This document shows positions 22,154-34,600 of a stretch of DNA of 39,054 nt, one piece after another. The stretch is from a virus (lineage: Duplodnaviria; Caudoviricetes), in IMG/VR virus record IMGVR_UViG_3300021963_000286, positions 1 to 39,054 of that record; one strand, given 5' to 3'. Both the position numbers and the translations under genes were made by a program. Each line of letters opens with the position of its first letter. Positions within the stretch are counted from its first letter, which is position 1. The notes below the pieces were generated by a model. It saw nothing but the letters and a program-made list of their open reading frames with translations. It had not been told where the DNA came from and made no database searches.

Positions 22154-25100
22154 ATGGCTAAAACTGCGCGACAAACAGCAATATTTGGAGTAGAAGATTG
22201 GAAGCGTCTGTACCAAACCTACAGAGAAGCTGACTTTCAAAGCTACGATTTTGAAACTCTACGCAAGAGTTTTGTAGACTATCTGCGTTTATACTACCCA
22301 GAAACATTCAACGACTACATTGAATCGTCAGAATTCATTGCCCTACTAGATGTTATGGCATTTATGGGACAGGCCTTGGCCTTCCGCAATGATCTAAATG
22401 CTCGCGAAAACTTCCTAGACACAGCAGAACGCCGAGATTCAGTAGTTCGATTAGCTGATTTAGTTAGCTATACTCCCAAGCGTAACCAAGCAGCACAGGG
22501 CTTTTTAAAAGTTTTTTCGGTTCAAACCACAGAAAGTATTACAGATATCAACGGCATCAACTTGTCAAATGTTACTATCAACTGGAACGATCCTACAAAT
22601 ATCAACTGGCAAGAGCAATTTGTCTACATAATCAATGCTGCGCTTGTTGCCAGTCAAAAAATTGGCCGCCCGGCAAGCAAACAAACAATATTAGGTGTTG
22701 AGACTTCTGAATATACTATAAATTTTGCCACAGGATTTTTGCCAGTTATACCTTACACTGCCAACGTTGATGGTGTCAACATGCCTTTTGAAGCTGTAAA
22801 TTCTTCAACACAAGGCAAAAATTATGTGTATGAACCAGCTCCACAGCCCAACGGTGAATTCAACATATTATTCCGCAACGATCAACTGGGATTTGGATCC
22901 AACAACACTGGTTTCTTCTTCTTGTTCAAGCAAGGTGTGCTGCAGAACCAAGACTTCAACTTAGCTGAAGCTATTACCAATCGCACAGTTGACATCAACA
23001 TCGAAGGTGTCAACAACGAAGACTATTGGTTGTATCAAATAGACGACGTCGGAACAGTTTCTAGTGAGTGGGCCTATGCCGAAAGCATTTATGCTGGAGC
23101 AGTCGAGCAGTTGCCCCCAAATCAAAGAAAGATCTACAGCATAACCAGCCGTGTAAATGATCAGATCACTCTGACATTCGGCGATGGTGTGTTTTCAGAA
23201 GTGCCTGTGGGATTTTTCCGCACCTATGTTCGTGCTTCCAACGGATTAGAGTACATTATCAATCCTGAAGAAATGCAAAGTGTTGTGTTAGAAGTTACCT
23301 ATGTCAGCAGATATGGACGTAATGAAGTGCTGACATTCAACTGCGGAATTACTAGCCCTGTATCAAATGCACAACCTCGCGAAACATTAGAAGAAATCAA
23401 ACAACGTGCGCCAGCTCGTTACTACACACAGAATAGAATGGTCAACGGCGAAGACTACAACAACTTTCCGTTTACTCGTTACAACAATATTATCAAAAGC
23501 AAGGCAGTGGCACGTTCAGCGACTGGTACCACACGTTACATCGACTTGGCAGATGTAACCGGCAAGTATTCCAGCACAAACATTTTTGCCAGCGATGGCA
23601 TGTTGTACGAACAAAATGCTTTGCTTAGTTTTGAGTTTGATTGGATTAACCGTAACGACATTGTAGACATCATTACAAACTCCATTGAACCGTTGTTAAG
23701 TTCCAGACAGATGTTGCAGTTTTATTATGCCAACTTCTTGCGCCCTAGTCTGCTGGTCCTAAATCTAGCGTGGAATCAAAGTACCACCGTTGTGAACGAA
23801 ACCACAGGATATTTTTACAATACTGGTAATCTAACACCGCAGAGTATTGGCAGCTATGCCAGCAACAATGCCAAATACGTTACTCAAGGATCCTTAGTAA
23901 AATTTATTCCACCTGCTGGTTATTTCTTTGATGCCAACAATCGTTTGGTAGCTGGTGTACCAATTCGTGCTGATGAAAAGTTAGAAATTTGGGCCACTAT
24001 CAGTGCTGTAGTTTTAGACGGCACAGCATCTGGACTAGGCAACTTGCCCGACGGGTCAGGTCCTGTGGCACTCAATGTGTTTGTACCAACAGGTGCATTG
24101 GCACAGCAAGTCATTCCAAAATTCGTTGACGACATTCCCGCTACAGTAGAACAAAGCATGTTGCAGCAGATTGAACTGTTTAGAAACTTCGGCATAGGCT
24201 ACAACAACTTGACCAGCACATGGTATGTTATTACCAGTACCAACCTAGCACAAGACGCACCCTTCAGCTTGACCAATGCCCAAAACACACAAGGCGTAAA
24301 TCTTGATGCCAGCTGGTTGGTACAGTTCGTGACTAACGGGCAATCTTATACGGTGTTATCACGCGGATTAGATTACATTTTTGCCAGCATCATTGAAACT
24401 AGATTTTTCTTTGACACAAGTGAAAAAATATATGACAGCAAGACAGGAAAAGTGATCAAAGACTTTGTCCGTGTTCTTAAAACCAATTCCAAGCCTGATT
24501 CAAACTCACCTTTGCCAGGCGACATATCGATGGAAATTATTGGACAGCCAGTACAAAGCGACGGTTATGTAAATGACTTCCAGGTTGTGGTCAGTTATCG
24601 CGACAGCGATTCTGACGGAGTTGCTGATAACCCTGACTTCTTCAACGAAATTGTAGCACCAGGTGTAAACCCAAATTCCAAGCTGATATTCCTACAACTG
24701 ACCACCGACGCTAACGACACTGAAAACTATTTGCCAGTGGCGTCAGGCATAGTCAACTCAACCTATGCTACCAAGGACGCTATCGAGTTGGTAAAAAGTC
24801 AATTCATTAATGGCCAGATCTTCTACGCTTACGAAAGTGGCTTGTTTTATGAATTGTTAATTTCCAACATCAACGGAATCATACAGCGTACTATAGTACC
24901 ACGTGCTGATTTTACTGCACAAGTCGGCCGTCAAGATTTATACTTCCAATATAGACACAACAGCGGATTGACCAATGTGATCGATCCTGGTATCACCAAT
25001 ATCATTGACATCTACATAGTGAATCAAGAATACTATACTGCGTATCAAAACTATGTTAAAGACACAACAGACTCTGTGCCAGAACCTGCACCTCCTACTA

Positions 25101-25615
25101 TCAACGAGTTGAGTTTGGCTTATTCTGGACTTAATGATTACAAGATGATATCAGACAACATGATTTTAAATTCAGTGGTTTTCAAACCTTTATTTGGAGC
25201 CAAAGCTGTCCCAGAACTACGCGGAACTATCAAAGTTGTTCGGGCAGCCAAGACCACTGCTAGTATAAGTGAAATCAAGAGTCGTGTAGTTGCTAGCATC
25301 AACGAATATTTTACCATAGACAAATGGGATTTTGGCAATAGTTTTTTCTTCAGCGAACTAGCTGCTTACCTGCACAAGGAACTGGGGTCGATTATTAGTT
25401 CAGTGGTCCTAGTACCATTAAACCCACTCAAGAGTTTTGGCGATCTTTATGAGATACGGTCTGCCGCCAATGAAATTTTTGTCAGTGCTGCTACTGTGTC
25501 AGACATTGAAGTGATTGACGCCTTAACACAAAGCAATATCCGCAGTCAAACTGCTGTATCTGGATTGTATCCAACAGCCGTTAGTCAAGGCACTTCTGCA
25601 GGAGTTGGTATCTAA
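22154..25615 (+). CDS. gp6: Baseplate wedge subunit gp6 (baseplate J-like), enlarged
   Basis: Motifs YDFETLR, NDYIESSEFIALLDVMAF, ENFLDTAERRDSVVRLA...YTPKR, LTFGDGVF...P and ETLEEIKQRAP..Y.TQNRMVNGEDY. It follows gp25. Confidence 0.9.
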   Translation: MAKTARQTAIFGVEDWKRLYQTYREADFQSYDFETLRKSFVDYLRLYYPETFNDYIESSEFIALLDVMAFMGQALAFRNDLNARENFLDTAERRDSVVRLADLVSYTPKRNQAAQGFLKVFSVQTTESITDINGINLSNVTINWNDPTNINWQEQFVYIINAALVASQKIGRPASKQTILGVETSEYTINFATGFLPVIPYTANVDGVNMPFEAVNSSTQGKNYVYEPAPQPNGEFNILFRNDQLGFGSNNTGFFFLFKQGVLQNQDFNLAEAITNRTVDINIEGVNNEDYWLYQIDDVGTVSSEWAYAESIYAGAVEQLPPNQRKIYSITSRVNDQITLTFGDGVFSEVPVGFFRTYVRASNGLEYIINPEEMQSVVLEVTYVSRYGRNEVLTFNCGITSPVSNAQPRETLEEIKQRAPARYYTQNRMVNGEDYNNFPFTRYNNIIKSKAVARSATGTTRYIDLADVTGKYSSTNIFASDGMLYEQNALLSFEFDWINRNDIVDIITNSIEPLLSSRQMLQFYYANFLRPSLLVLNLAWNQSTTVVNETTGYFYNTGNLTPQSIGSYASNNAKYVTQGSLVKFIPPAGYFFDANNRLVAGVPIRADEKLEIWATISAVVLDGTASGLGNLPDGSGPVALNVFVPTGALAQQVIPKFVDDIPATVEQSMLQQIELFRNFGIGYNNLTSTWYVITSTNLAQDAPFSLTNAQNTQGVNLDASWLVQFVTNGQSYTVLSRGLDYIFASIIETRFFFDTSEKIYDSKTGKVIKDFVRVLKTNSKPDSNSPLPGDISMEIIGQPVQSDGYVNDFQVVVSYRDSDSDGVADNPDFFNEIVAPGVNPNSKLIFLQLTTDANDTENYLPVASGIVNSTYATKDAIELVKSQFINGQIFYAYESGLFYELLISNINGIIQRTIVPRADFTAQVGRQDLYFQYRHNSGLTNVIDPGITNIIDIYIVNQEYYTAYQNYVKDTTDSVPEPAPPTINELSLAYSGLNDYKMISDNMILNSVVFKPLFGAKAVPELRGTIKVVRAAKTTASISEIKSRVVASINEYFTIDKWDFGNSFFFSELAAYLHKELGSIISSVVLVPLNPLKSFGDLYEIRSAANEIFVSAATVSDIEVIDALTQSNIRSQTAVSGLYPTAVSQGTSAGVGI

Positions 25616-28600
25616 TGGCTACACGTCGCACCGTAGATCTACTACCAGAAATATTTCGCACACAAACGAATAAACAATTCTTGGGAGCAACACTTGATCA
25701 ACTGACTCAAGAGCCTGTCATCAAGCGCACACAAGGTTATGTAGGCCGCAGAGTTGGTCCTGGCGTAAATCCTGCTGATAACTATGTCACAGAGCCAACT
25801 GCTACCAGAAGTGATTATCAACTAGAACCTGGTGTTGCGTTTCTCAAACCAGAAACTAACACAGTTGAAGATGTTATCACCTATCCTGGTATGATTGATG
25901 CCTTAAATCTCCAAGGTGCCGACACTGTTCGCCAAGATGCTTTGTTCCAAAGCGAATACTACGCATGGGATCCTTTCTGCGACCTGGACAAGTTTACAAA
26001 CTACAGCCAATATTATTGGTTGCCACAAGGACCTGACTCAGTTGATGTGTTTGGAACTCCCATTGCGTTAACAGATGCTTGGGAAATCACACGCGGCGAA
26101 ACAGCTTATACATTCAGCGATCTAGCCGGAAACAATCCCACATTGACACTAGTACGTGGCGGTAACTACGAATTTAATGTAAATCAACCAGGTTTTAATT
26201 TTTGGATTCAGGCAGCACCTGGAGTCAATGGCCGTATGCCGGCTACACCCAACATTAGCAGCAGAGATGTGCTGGGTGTTATCAATAACGGCGAAAGTCA
26301 AGGAACAGTGACTTTTAATGTGCCACTCAAAACAGCACAAGATTTTTATTACACTTTGACCAATATTGGCACTGTGGATCTATTAACAGGCCTCAAGTTT
26401 AATCAACTAAACAATGTTTATGTCAGTGAATTTTTAAGCCAGTATCCCGAAGGTATTGATGGTATTACCAACCTCGATGGTCGTACTGTAATCTTTACTA
26501 ACACCACTGCTGATGCCGAGGATGGTGGTTGGCAAGTAACCACACAGTTTGACCCTTTACCGCGCGACAACGCTGACAATGGACTGGTTGGCAGTTTTGA
26601 CACAACCACATTTGATCAAACCACTAACATTGATAGCCAAGCACAACGCTACAGCATTTGGCAAATACAATACATTAACGATTTGTCTGGTAATCCTTTT
26701 ATGCAGCTTACCAGCATTCAAACAATTCCCAACTTCAGCAAGTTTACCATTAACTTTGGCACAATCTACGCTAGTACTCAGTGGTACAAAGATGCCGAAG
26801 GTTACTTCCAACAGATTCCTCTGCTGACAGCGGTGTTAGACGATCTATACTATCAAGATGGTACCGACCCAGAACTGTTTGGCCGTATCAAACTGGTAGA
26901 TCCAGGCGAAGAGCTGTTTATCGATATCAACGAAATCATTGGTGCCAAAAACTATACCAGCCCCAACGGAGTGGTATTCACCAATGGACTCAAAGTGCAG
27001 TTCCGCGGCCCAATTGAGCCAGCTCGATATCAGAATTTGGAATACTATGTAGAAGGTGTTGGTACCGGGCCTGGCGAAGAATTTAGAGTGGGCTTTGTTG
27101 ACGGCGAAGCATATTTTGGTGCTTTCCACACATACCAAGGCCAGTTAATGACTGGAGCTGTACATTCAACTACCACTTTCCAGCAGTACATTTATGAAAC
27201 TGTAGAAGAAAGCCTGCTGAATACAGGAGCCGGTGCTCCCGCAGGTGCTCCACTGTCCAATACCGCAGTGCCCAGAATTAACATAGGCAACGGTATCAAG
27301 TTATTGCTAGTTAGCGAATTTGTAACTCCAGAAACTTATACACGCAGTGCATCTATTCCTTATGACAGCACTAGCTATGACAGCGAACCTTACGATGCCA
27401 GCTTAAATGCACCAACAGTGCCAGACTACATCACTATCAATCGTGCCAGTTGTGATCTCAATGCCTGGACACGCAGCAACCGTTGGTTCCACATTGACGT
27501 AATTCGCGCCACTGCTACTTACAACAATCAAGTGCAAGTGATTGACAACAATCGTCGTGCCAAGCGTCCGATCATTGAATTTAGAGCCAACCTTAATCTT
27601 TACAACTTTGGAACACAAGGCAAAACGCCAGTCAACGTGGTTGACTTTCAAGAAACAGATGCACTCAGCAACATCAACGGCCAACGCGGCTATGGTATAG
27701 ATGGCTATACATTTATCACAGGCAGTCGTGTGATATTTGCTGCTGACCTTGACCAAGAGGTACGTAATAAAATTTACGAAGTGCAGTTTATTGATCCCAA
27801 CAACAGCGGTGTGTTAATCATTGACTTGGTTGAAGTCCCATTAGGAACTGCGTTAGTTAATCAAACTGTGGTCACACTCAGTGGAAATACCCAACAAGGA
27901 AAAAGCTTTTGGTTTGACGGTGTTGACTGGATCCCTGCTCAGGAAAAGACACAGGTAAATCAGCCGCCGTTGTTCGATGTGTTCGATGCCAACGGTGTTA
28001 GTTTCAGTAATCTTGCTGTTTATCCCAGTACCACTTTCCGCGGTAGCCAACTGTTTGGCTATGCTACAGGATCAACACAAATCATTGATGAATTCTTGGG
28101 ATTTGCTCTGCGCTATCTTAACATCAACAACGTAGGCGATATTGTATTTCAAAACTATCTTTACACTGACACCTTTATCTATGTACGCAATAATGTCAGT
28201 TCAGAGTTGGCCATCAGCACAGGTTTCATTAGACAGTATGTGGATCGTGTGACCTTTGGCAGCTTGATTGGGTGGCAGCCTGCTGCGGCTGAAAATCGCA
28301 GTCGTCAAGTGTTTAGTTTTGTTTATGATCAATCTCCCCTGGTGTTGGACATTGCCATTGACACCGAAACAGTATACGCACCAATACAGTTATTTGCAGA
28401 AGGCGTTTTTCTGGATCCAACCAACTACACATATACTGTAGGTGCAGAATCTACTACAATAACACTAATTGATGAACTGGCCAATGGAGCCATCGTTGAA
28501 GTACAAGTTCTCAGTAACCAGACCAGCAGTGTTGGTTTTTATCAAATTCCGTTGAACTTAGAAAACAATCCATTGAACGAAAACAGCAACACATTTACGC

Positions 28601-31600
28601 TGGGTACTATTCGCACACATTATGAAAGCATTGGTCAAAATCTCAAGACCATTCAGGGTCCTATAGTTGGAGCAAACAACACACGCGATCTAGGCGACAT
28701 TATCACTTACGGTGATGTCATTGTTCAACATTCGTCACCCTTGGCTCTAACTGGAGTGTTCTTGAGAGAACAACAGTTTGAACTATTCAACTCCCTGGAA
28801 TTCAACAGCAGAGAATATACCAAATTCAAAGCCCTGCTGTTAGATCTCACCACACAAGGTGATTTTGAAAACCTAACAGCTACCCAAGTGCTTGATACTG
28901 TGTTGCAAGAGATCGGTTTGGGCCGCAGCGAAATATCGCCGTTCTACTGGTCTGACATGATCACAGCAGGTGAAACTTATACAGAGAACACTTACACTTA
29001 TTCGTTCATCAGCACCCCCGCATTTGATACCATACAGACTTATGATTTCACTGCATCAAATTATTTGGGTCTATCAGTATTTCTAAATGGTGTTTTACTG
29101 ACTCGCGGTTATGACTATGATGTAGTACCAGACGCACCAAGTCTTGTTATTACTGCGCCCTTGGCCGTAGGCGATGTTATTAAAATTCGTGAGTATCCTA
29201 CCACTTACGGTAGTTATGTGCCCAATACACCAACCAAGATGGGATTGTATCCTGCATTCCGTCCCGAAATCTATGTTGATACAACCTATGTTGATCCACG
29301 AGCAGTGATACGCGGCCACGATGGATCTATTACACTGGCATTTAACGACATACGGGATCAGGTTCTGTTGGAATTTGAAAAGAGAATTTTTAACAACCTT
29401 AAAATTGTTTCTGCTATTCCGTTAATTTACGAAGATATAGTGCCAGGACAATTCAGAACAACTGAATACACACTAGCCCAAGTCAATGATATTCTCAGCA
29501 CAGACTTTCTGACTTGGGTAGGTTGGAACAAGTTGGATTATACCACGCAGAATTACATTGCCAACAACGAATTCACCTACAACTACAGCCAAAGCAGCAA
29601 TGTATTAAATGCGCAGCCGGTGCCTGTTGGTGCTTGGCGCGGCCTGTACAACTATTTTTACGACACTTACACTCCAGATTCAACTCCTTGGCAAATGCTG
29701 GGCTTGACTGAAGAACCTGACTGGTGGGCTGCAGAATACGGCACTGGTCCATACACATCAGGAAACACAGTTTTATGGGATGACCTGGCTGCTGGCTTGA
29801 TCAAAGAACCTGGAAACTACCGAGTTGATCCGCGCTTTGTTCGTCCCAAATTGCTGACAGTGTTGCCAGTCGACTCTGAAGGACAATTAGTCAGCCCGCT
29901 GTATTCGGTAATCGGCAATTACAATACTACAAGTTTCCGTCGTAGTTGGACATTTGGCGATGACGGCCCGGTAGAAAACGCTTGGCGCACCAGCAGTGCT
30001 TGGCCGTTTGCAGTCATGCGACTGTTGGCTTTAACAAAGCCTGCTGAATTCTTTAGTTTGTTGTCAGATCGCGATCGCTATGTATTTGATGTATCATTGG
30101 ATCAATATCTTTGGGATGGTCGTTATCGTTTAGACGCTAAAAAATTAACACCCTTGTACGGTAATGGAAACAGCAAGGCCAGCTACTTAAATTGGATCAT
30201 TGATTACAATCGTCAACTGGGTATTAATTCAACTGACAATCTCACGCTGACCTTAGATAATATTGATGTTCGTTTGTGCTGGAGAATGGCAGCCTTTAGT
30301 GACAAGAACTATCTCAAAGTTTACACTGAAAGATCTACTCCCAGTAGTCTCAACACAAGTTTGTTACTACCAGACGAAAGCTACCAGTTGTTGCTGTACA
30401 AGAATCAGCCATTTAATGAAATTACCTACAGCTCAGTTATTGTACAAAAAGTTGAAACAGGATACACTGTGCTGGGTTACAGCACAAAGAATCCTTACTT
30501 TGAAATACTAGAATCTCGCCCCAGCGGTCGCAACACAACTATCTCTGTCAGCGGAACAGAAGTCAGAATAGCTCTTGACCACACAACAAATGTTGTTAAA
30601 GTTCCTTACGGATTTACATTTACCAATATTGGTGGCGTCTGCGACTTCTTGGTCAGCTACGGCAAACTGTTGGAAAATCAAGGATTGGTATTTGCTGATA
30701 GAGAAAATGGTTACGTACTTGATTGGTTGCAAATGGCACAAGAGTTTGTGTACTGGACTCAACAAGGTTGGGCAGTAGGCACAATTATCAACTTAAACCC
30801 AGCAGCAACCAGCATCAGTGTTGATCAACCACTGAGTGTGGTTGATAGTATCAAGACATACAGTCCCACTGATATCATATTGAATCAAAATCGTCAGCCT
30901 TTGTCAATAGGCAATCTGGTGATAGACCGTGTAAACAATTTCTTCAAGGTAAACAGCCTAACCAGCGACACCATAAACTTCATCAACTTGCGATTTACTG
31001 CATTTGAACATGTAATGGTTCTGGACAATCGCAGCATCTTTGCTGACTTGATATACCAGCCAGTGACAGGCGCACGACAGAATCGTATCTTAGTTTCTGG
31101 TAATCTCAGCGGTGATTGGAACGGCACTGTCAATGCCCCAGGCTTTGTACTCAATCAAGACAATATTCCAGAGTGGATTCCAAATTTCAAGTATGCCAAA
31201 GGAGAGATTGTGTTGTTCAAGAACGAGTACTGGTCAGCCAGCACAATCATTCAGCCTAGCCAAGAATTCAACTATAATCGTTGGATCAAGAGTGACTACG
31301 GTGCTATACAAAGAGGTTTGCTGCCCAACGCAGCAACCGCTAGCGATCAGTTGGCAACAGCTTACAGTGTGTTTGACGCCAACCTGGAATCAGAAGTTGA
31401 TCTATTCAGCTATGGCTTGATTGGATTCCGTCCAAGAGAGTATATGCAAGCCCTTAACTTAGACGATGTAAGTCAAGTTAATCTATATCAGCAGTTCTTG
31501 GGCAGTAAAGGCACTATTCGTGCAGCAGAATTGTTTAGCTTTGCTGACTTAGGAAAAGAAGTAGCTCAATATGACATTTACGAATACTGGGCAATTTTAC

Positions 31601-34600
31601 GAGGTCAATATGGTGCAACTGCTAACCGCAGTTATTTTGAGTTGAGATTGAACGAAGCCTTATTACCAAGCGACCCAAGCCTAGTTCAAGTGGTATTATC
31701 ACAGCAAGAATCTGAAGCTGATCAAGCAATACTGTTGGAGAATGTGTGGAAGTCTAGCACAGTGTTAACTTCCCCTGACATACTACCTACCACCACCACG
31801 CCTTCGTCAGCAGATGTTGCCTTACCCACAGCCGGATATGTCAACTTAGCCGACGTGGACCTAACCCTGTTTGAGTTTGATGCTGGCTTTGGTAGCCTGG
31901 TGTTAGATGACATCGGACAAGCAACTACAATATGGGTGGCCAAAGTAAATCCATATGACTGGAACGTGTACCGCACAGAAACTATCTCAGGTGATATTAC
32001 TACTGTGTCTGACAACCTTGATGGCCGAGCCTTGGTACAGTTCAGCAAACCTCATGGTTTGTCAGTAGGCGATGTGTTGGTAATCAAGTATTTTGATCCT
32101 AGCATCAACGGCATCTATCGTGTACGTGTGGTAACTGATCTAACCAGCTTGTTGATTGATTATGTATTTACAGGATTCCAAACCACAATAACTGGAACTG
32201 GCATAGGTTTTACACTACAAACAGCTCGTGTATCACAAGCAGCTGATGTGGTTGACCTACCATATGCCCTACAGCTTGTGCCAGGAGCTCGTGTCTGGGT
32301 CGACAACAATGGTGATGGTCTATGGGAAGTTATTGAAAAGACAGATCCATTTGGATCACCCACAGAGCTAACGCCAGAAACACAGTACGAAAATACTCGC
32401 TTCGGCGCCAGTGTTGCACAAGGTCTCAGCAATCTCAGTGCTCTGATTGGTGCACCTGGCTACAATCCCACAGCGTTGGCCACCGCTCCGGGTGCTGTTT
32501 ATACCTATGTCAAAACACCCGACAACGTCTACGAACAAAACAGCATTTTACAGTTGGGAACCACTGATGCTGCTGGCTACGGTAATGCATCTGATATTGG
32601 TGATCAAAGTTGGGCCATTGTGGGAGCCAGTGCCAGCTCGTCCGACCGCGGCTACGCTGCTGTCATTTATAGAGATCCTGGTTCAAACTTTTTTGAACAA
32701 GCGCAGCTATTGGCCATCGATCCTGCTCAATCAATAACTGCCACCGACCGTTTTGGTCACGCTGTTACCATGAGTCAAGATGAACGCTGGATCTATGTTG
32801 GCGCACCGGGCGGCAATGTAGTTTATGCTTACGGTCGTATTGATTACCAAACTCAATCTACAAAATTAATAGCAGGTGCAAGTCAAAACTTATTCTTATA
32901 CAGCGACAAAATTGTCATAGCTACCGACGAACAACTGGCGGTAGCAGTAGGCGATCAGATACAGACATTTGGCACAGACTATACAGTATCTGACAACTAT
33001 GTTGTGTTCCCTGTTCCGCCAGTCGAAGGTTCAGTAATAACAATTACACGTCGTCCTGCTGCTTCTTTTGTCGGCGACGGGTCAACTACAACATTTAGTT
33101 TAGCCAACATTTATTCAGCTGTCAACAACTATTCTGTTGTAGTTTATGTTGATGGCGCAATACAACGTCCTGTCATTGACTACAGTGTCAACGGTTTGCA
33201 AGATTTGATATTTGCAGTGGCTCCAGCTAGCGATACACAAATCGCAGTAAAAGCACAAACTTACTATACCTTAGTGGACACACTAACCGTGCCAGGATTG
33301 AGCAGCACTGAACAGTTTGGTTTCAGCGTATCAACAACCACAGATGGCCGACAGGTTATGGTGGGAACACCAGATGTTACAGTTAATGGTATTCCTAGAG
33401 CAGGTATTGTGTATGTGTTTGACAGAAGCGTACAGAATTTCCAAGTAACTGATACCAGTGTGCTTGATTACACCACTGTCGAATCTCCTGTTGCACCTGT
33501 TTCGGTACTGCTGAATGGACAATTTCTAACCAATACCGATGGCAACATTGGTGGTACTTTCTCTGTGGCTGGCAGCACAGTCACTCTAGACACTACAATC
33601 GCTGTAGGTGATATTGTTACAGTAGAAACCAACACATTCGAGTTGATACAAACTATAATATCAGAAACTCCTGGCAATAGCGATCAGTTTGGTTATGTAG
33701 TTGACCAATGTGTTAACGATTGCAGCGTGTATATTGGTGCACCGTTTGCTGACTCTGAACTTCTACAATCAGGCTTTGTAGAATTTGACATTAACCAAGC
33801 TCGTGTGTATGGAACTATCACTAGCACCGTTGCCAACCCAACACTGACAGCAGGCAACACTATTCGTGTGCGCAACTTCTTTGTCACCTTAACTGGAACT
33901 ACCATTAGTGATCTAGTTAATGACGTCAACGCAGCGTTGGTTCCGAACGTTCAAGCAACATTGACTACAGATGTAGAACTGTTGGGCGACGGAACATCAA
34001 CGGTGTTTGATGTTGGTTCCATATACTCAGCTGCCGCTTCTTATACCACCCGTGTACTAATCAACGACGTGGTGCAGATTGCTGGTGTTGATTATGTTTA
34101 TAACAACACCAATGAAACTGTAACATTTACTACTGCTCCATCTTTTGGCACTATCATAACAGTGGTGTCGGGCAGAATGACACTGTCAGTTAAGAATTTT
34201 GCAGCATCAATTCCGTTGAATAGATTACAGGTTCTGCCTGGAACTGGCACAGCTTTTACTGATGTAGGATTTGATATCTATGTACATCAACAGAAGATTG
34301 TAGCACCTGTTCCGCAATCTTATGCAAACTTTGGCAAGAAATTGTTTATCAGTGATAATACCACAAGTTTGTTGATTAGCGCACCCAATGGAGCACTAAT
34401 AGAGTTTGTGACATTCGACGATCAAACCACAACATTTGATGCTAAAACTACTATATTCAGCGACACAATAACTCAAAGCGGTGTAGTGTATCTTTACGAT
34501 CAACTGCCTGCTGCATCACCGTCAGTTAATAATCCTGCGCAGTTTGTATTTGGTCAACAAATTTTTGACAACTCAATGGCAAGCCTGGACGAGTTTGGTG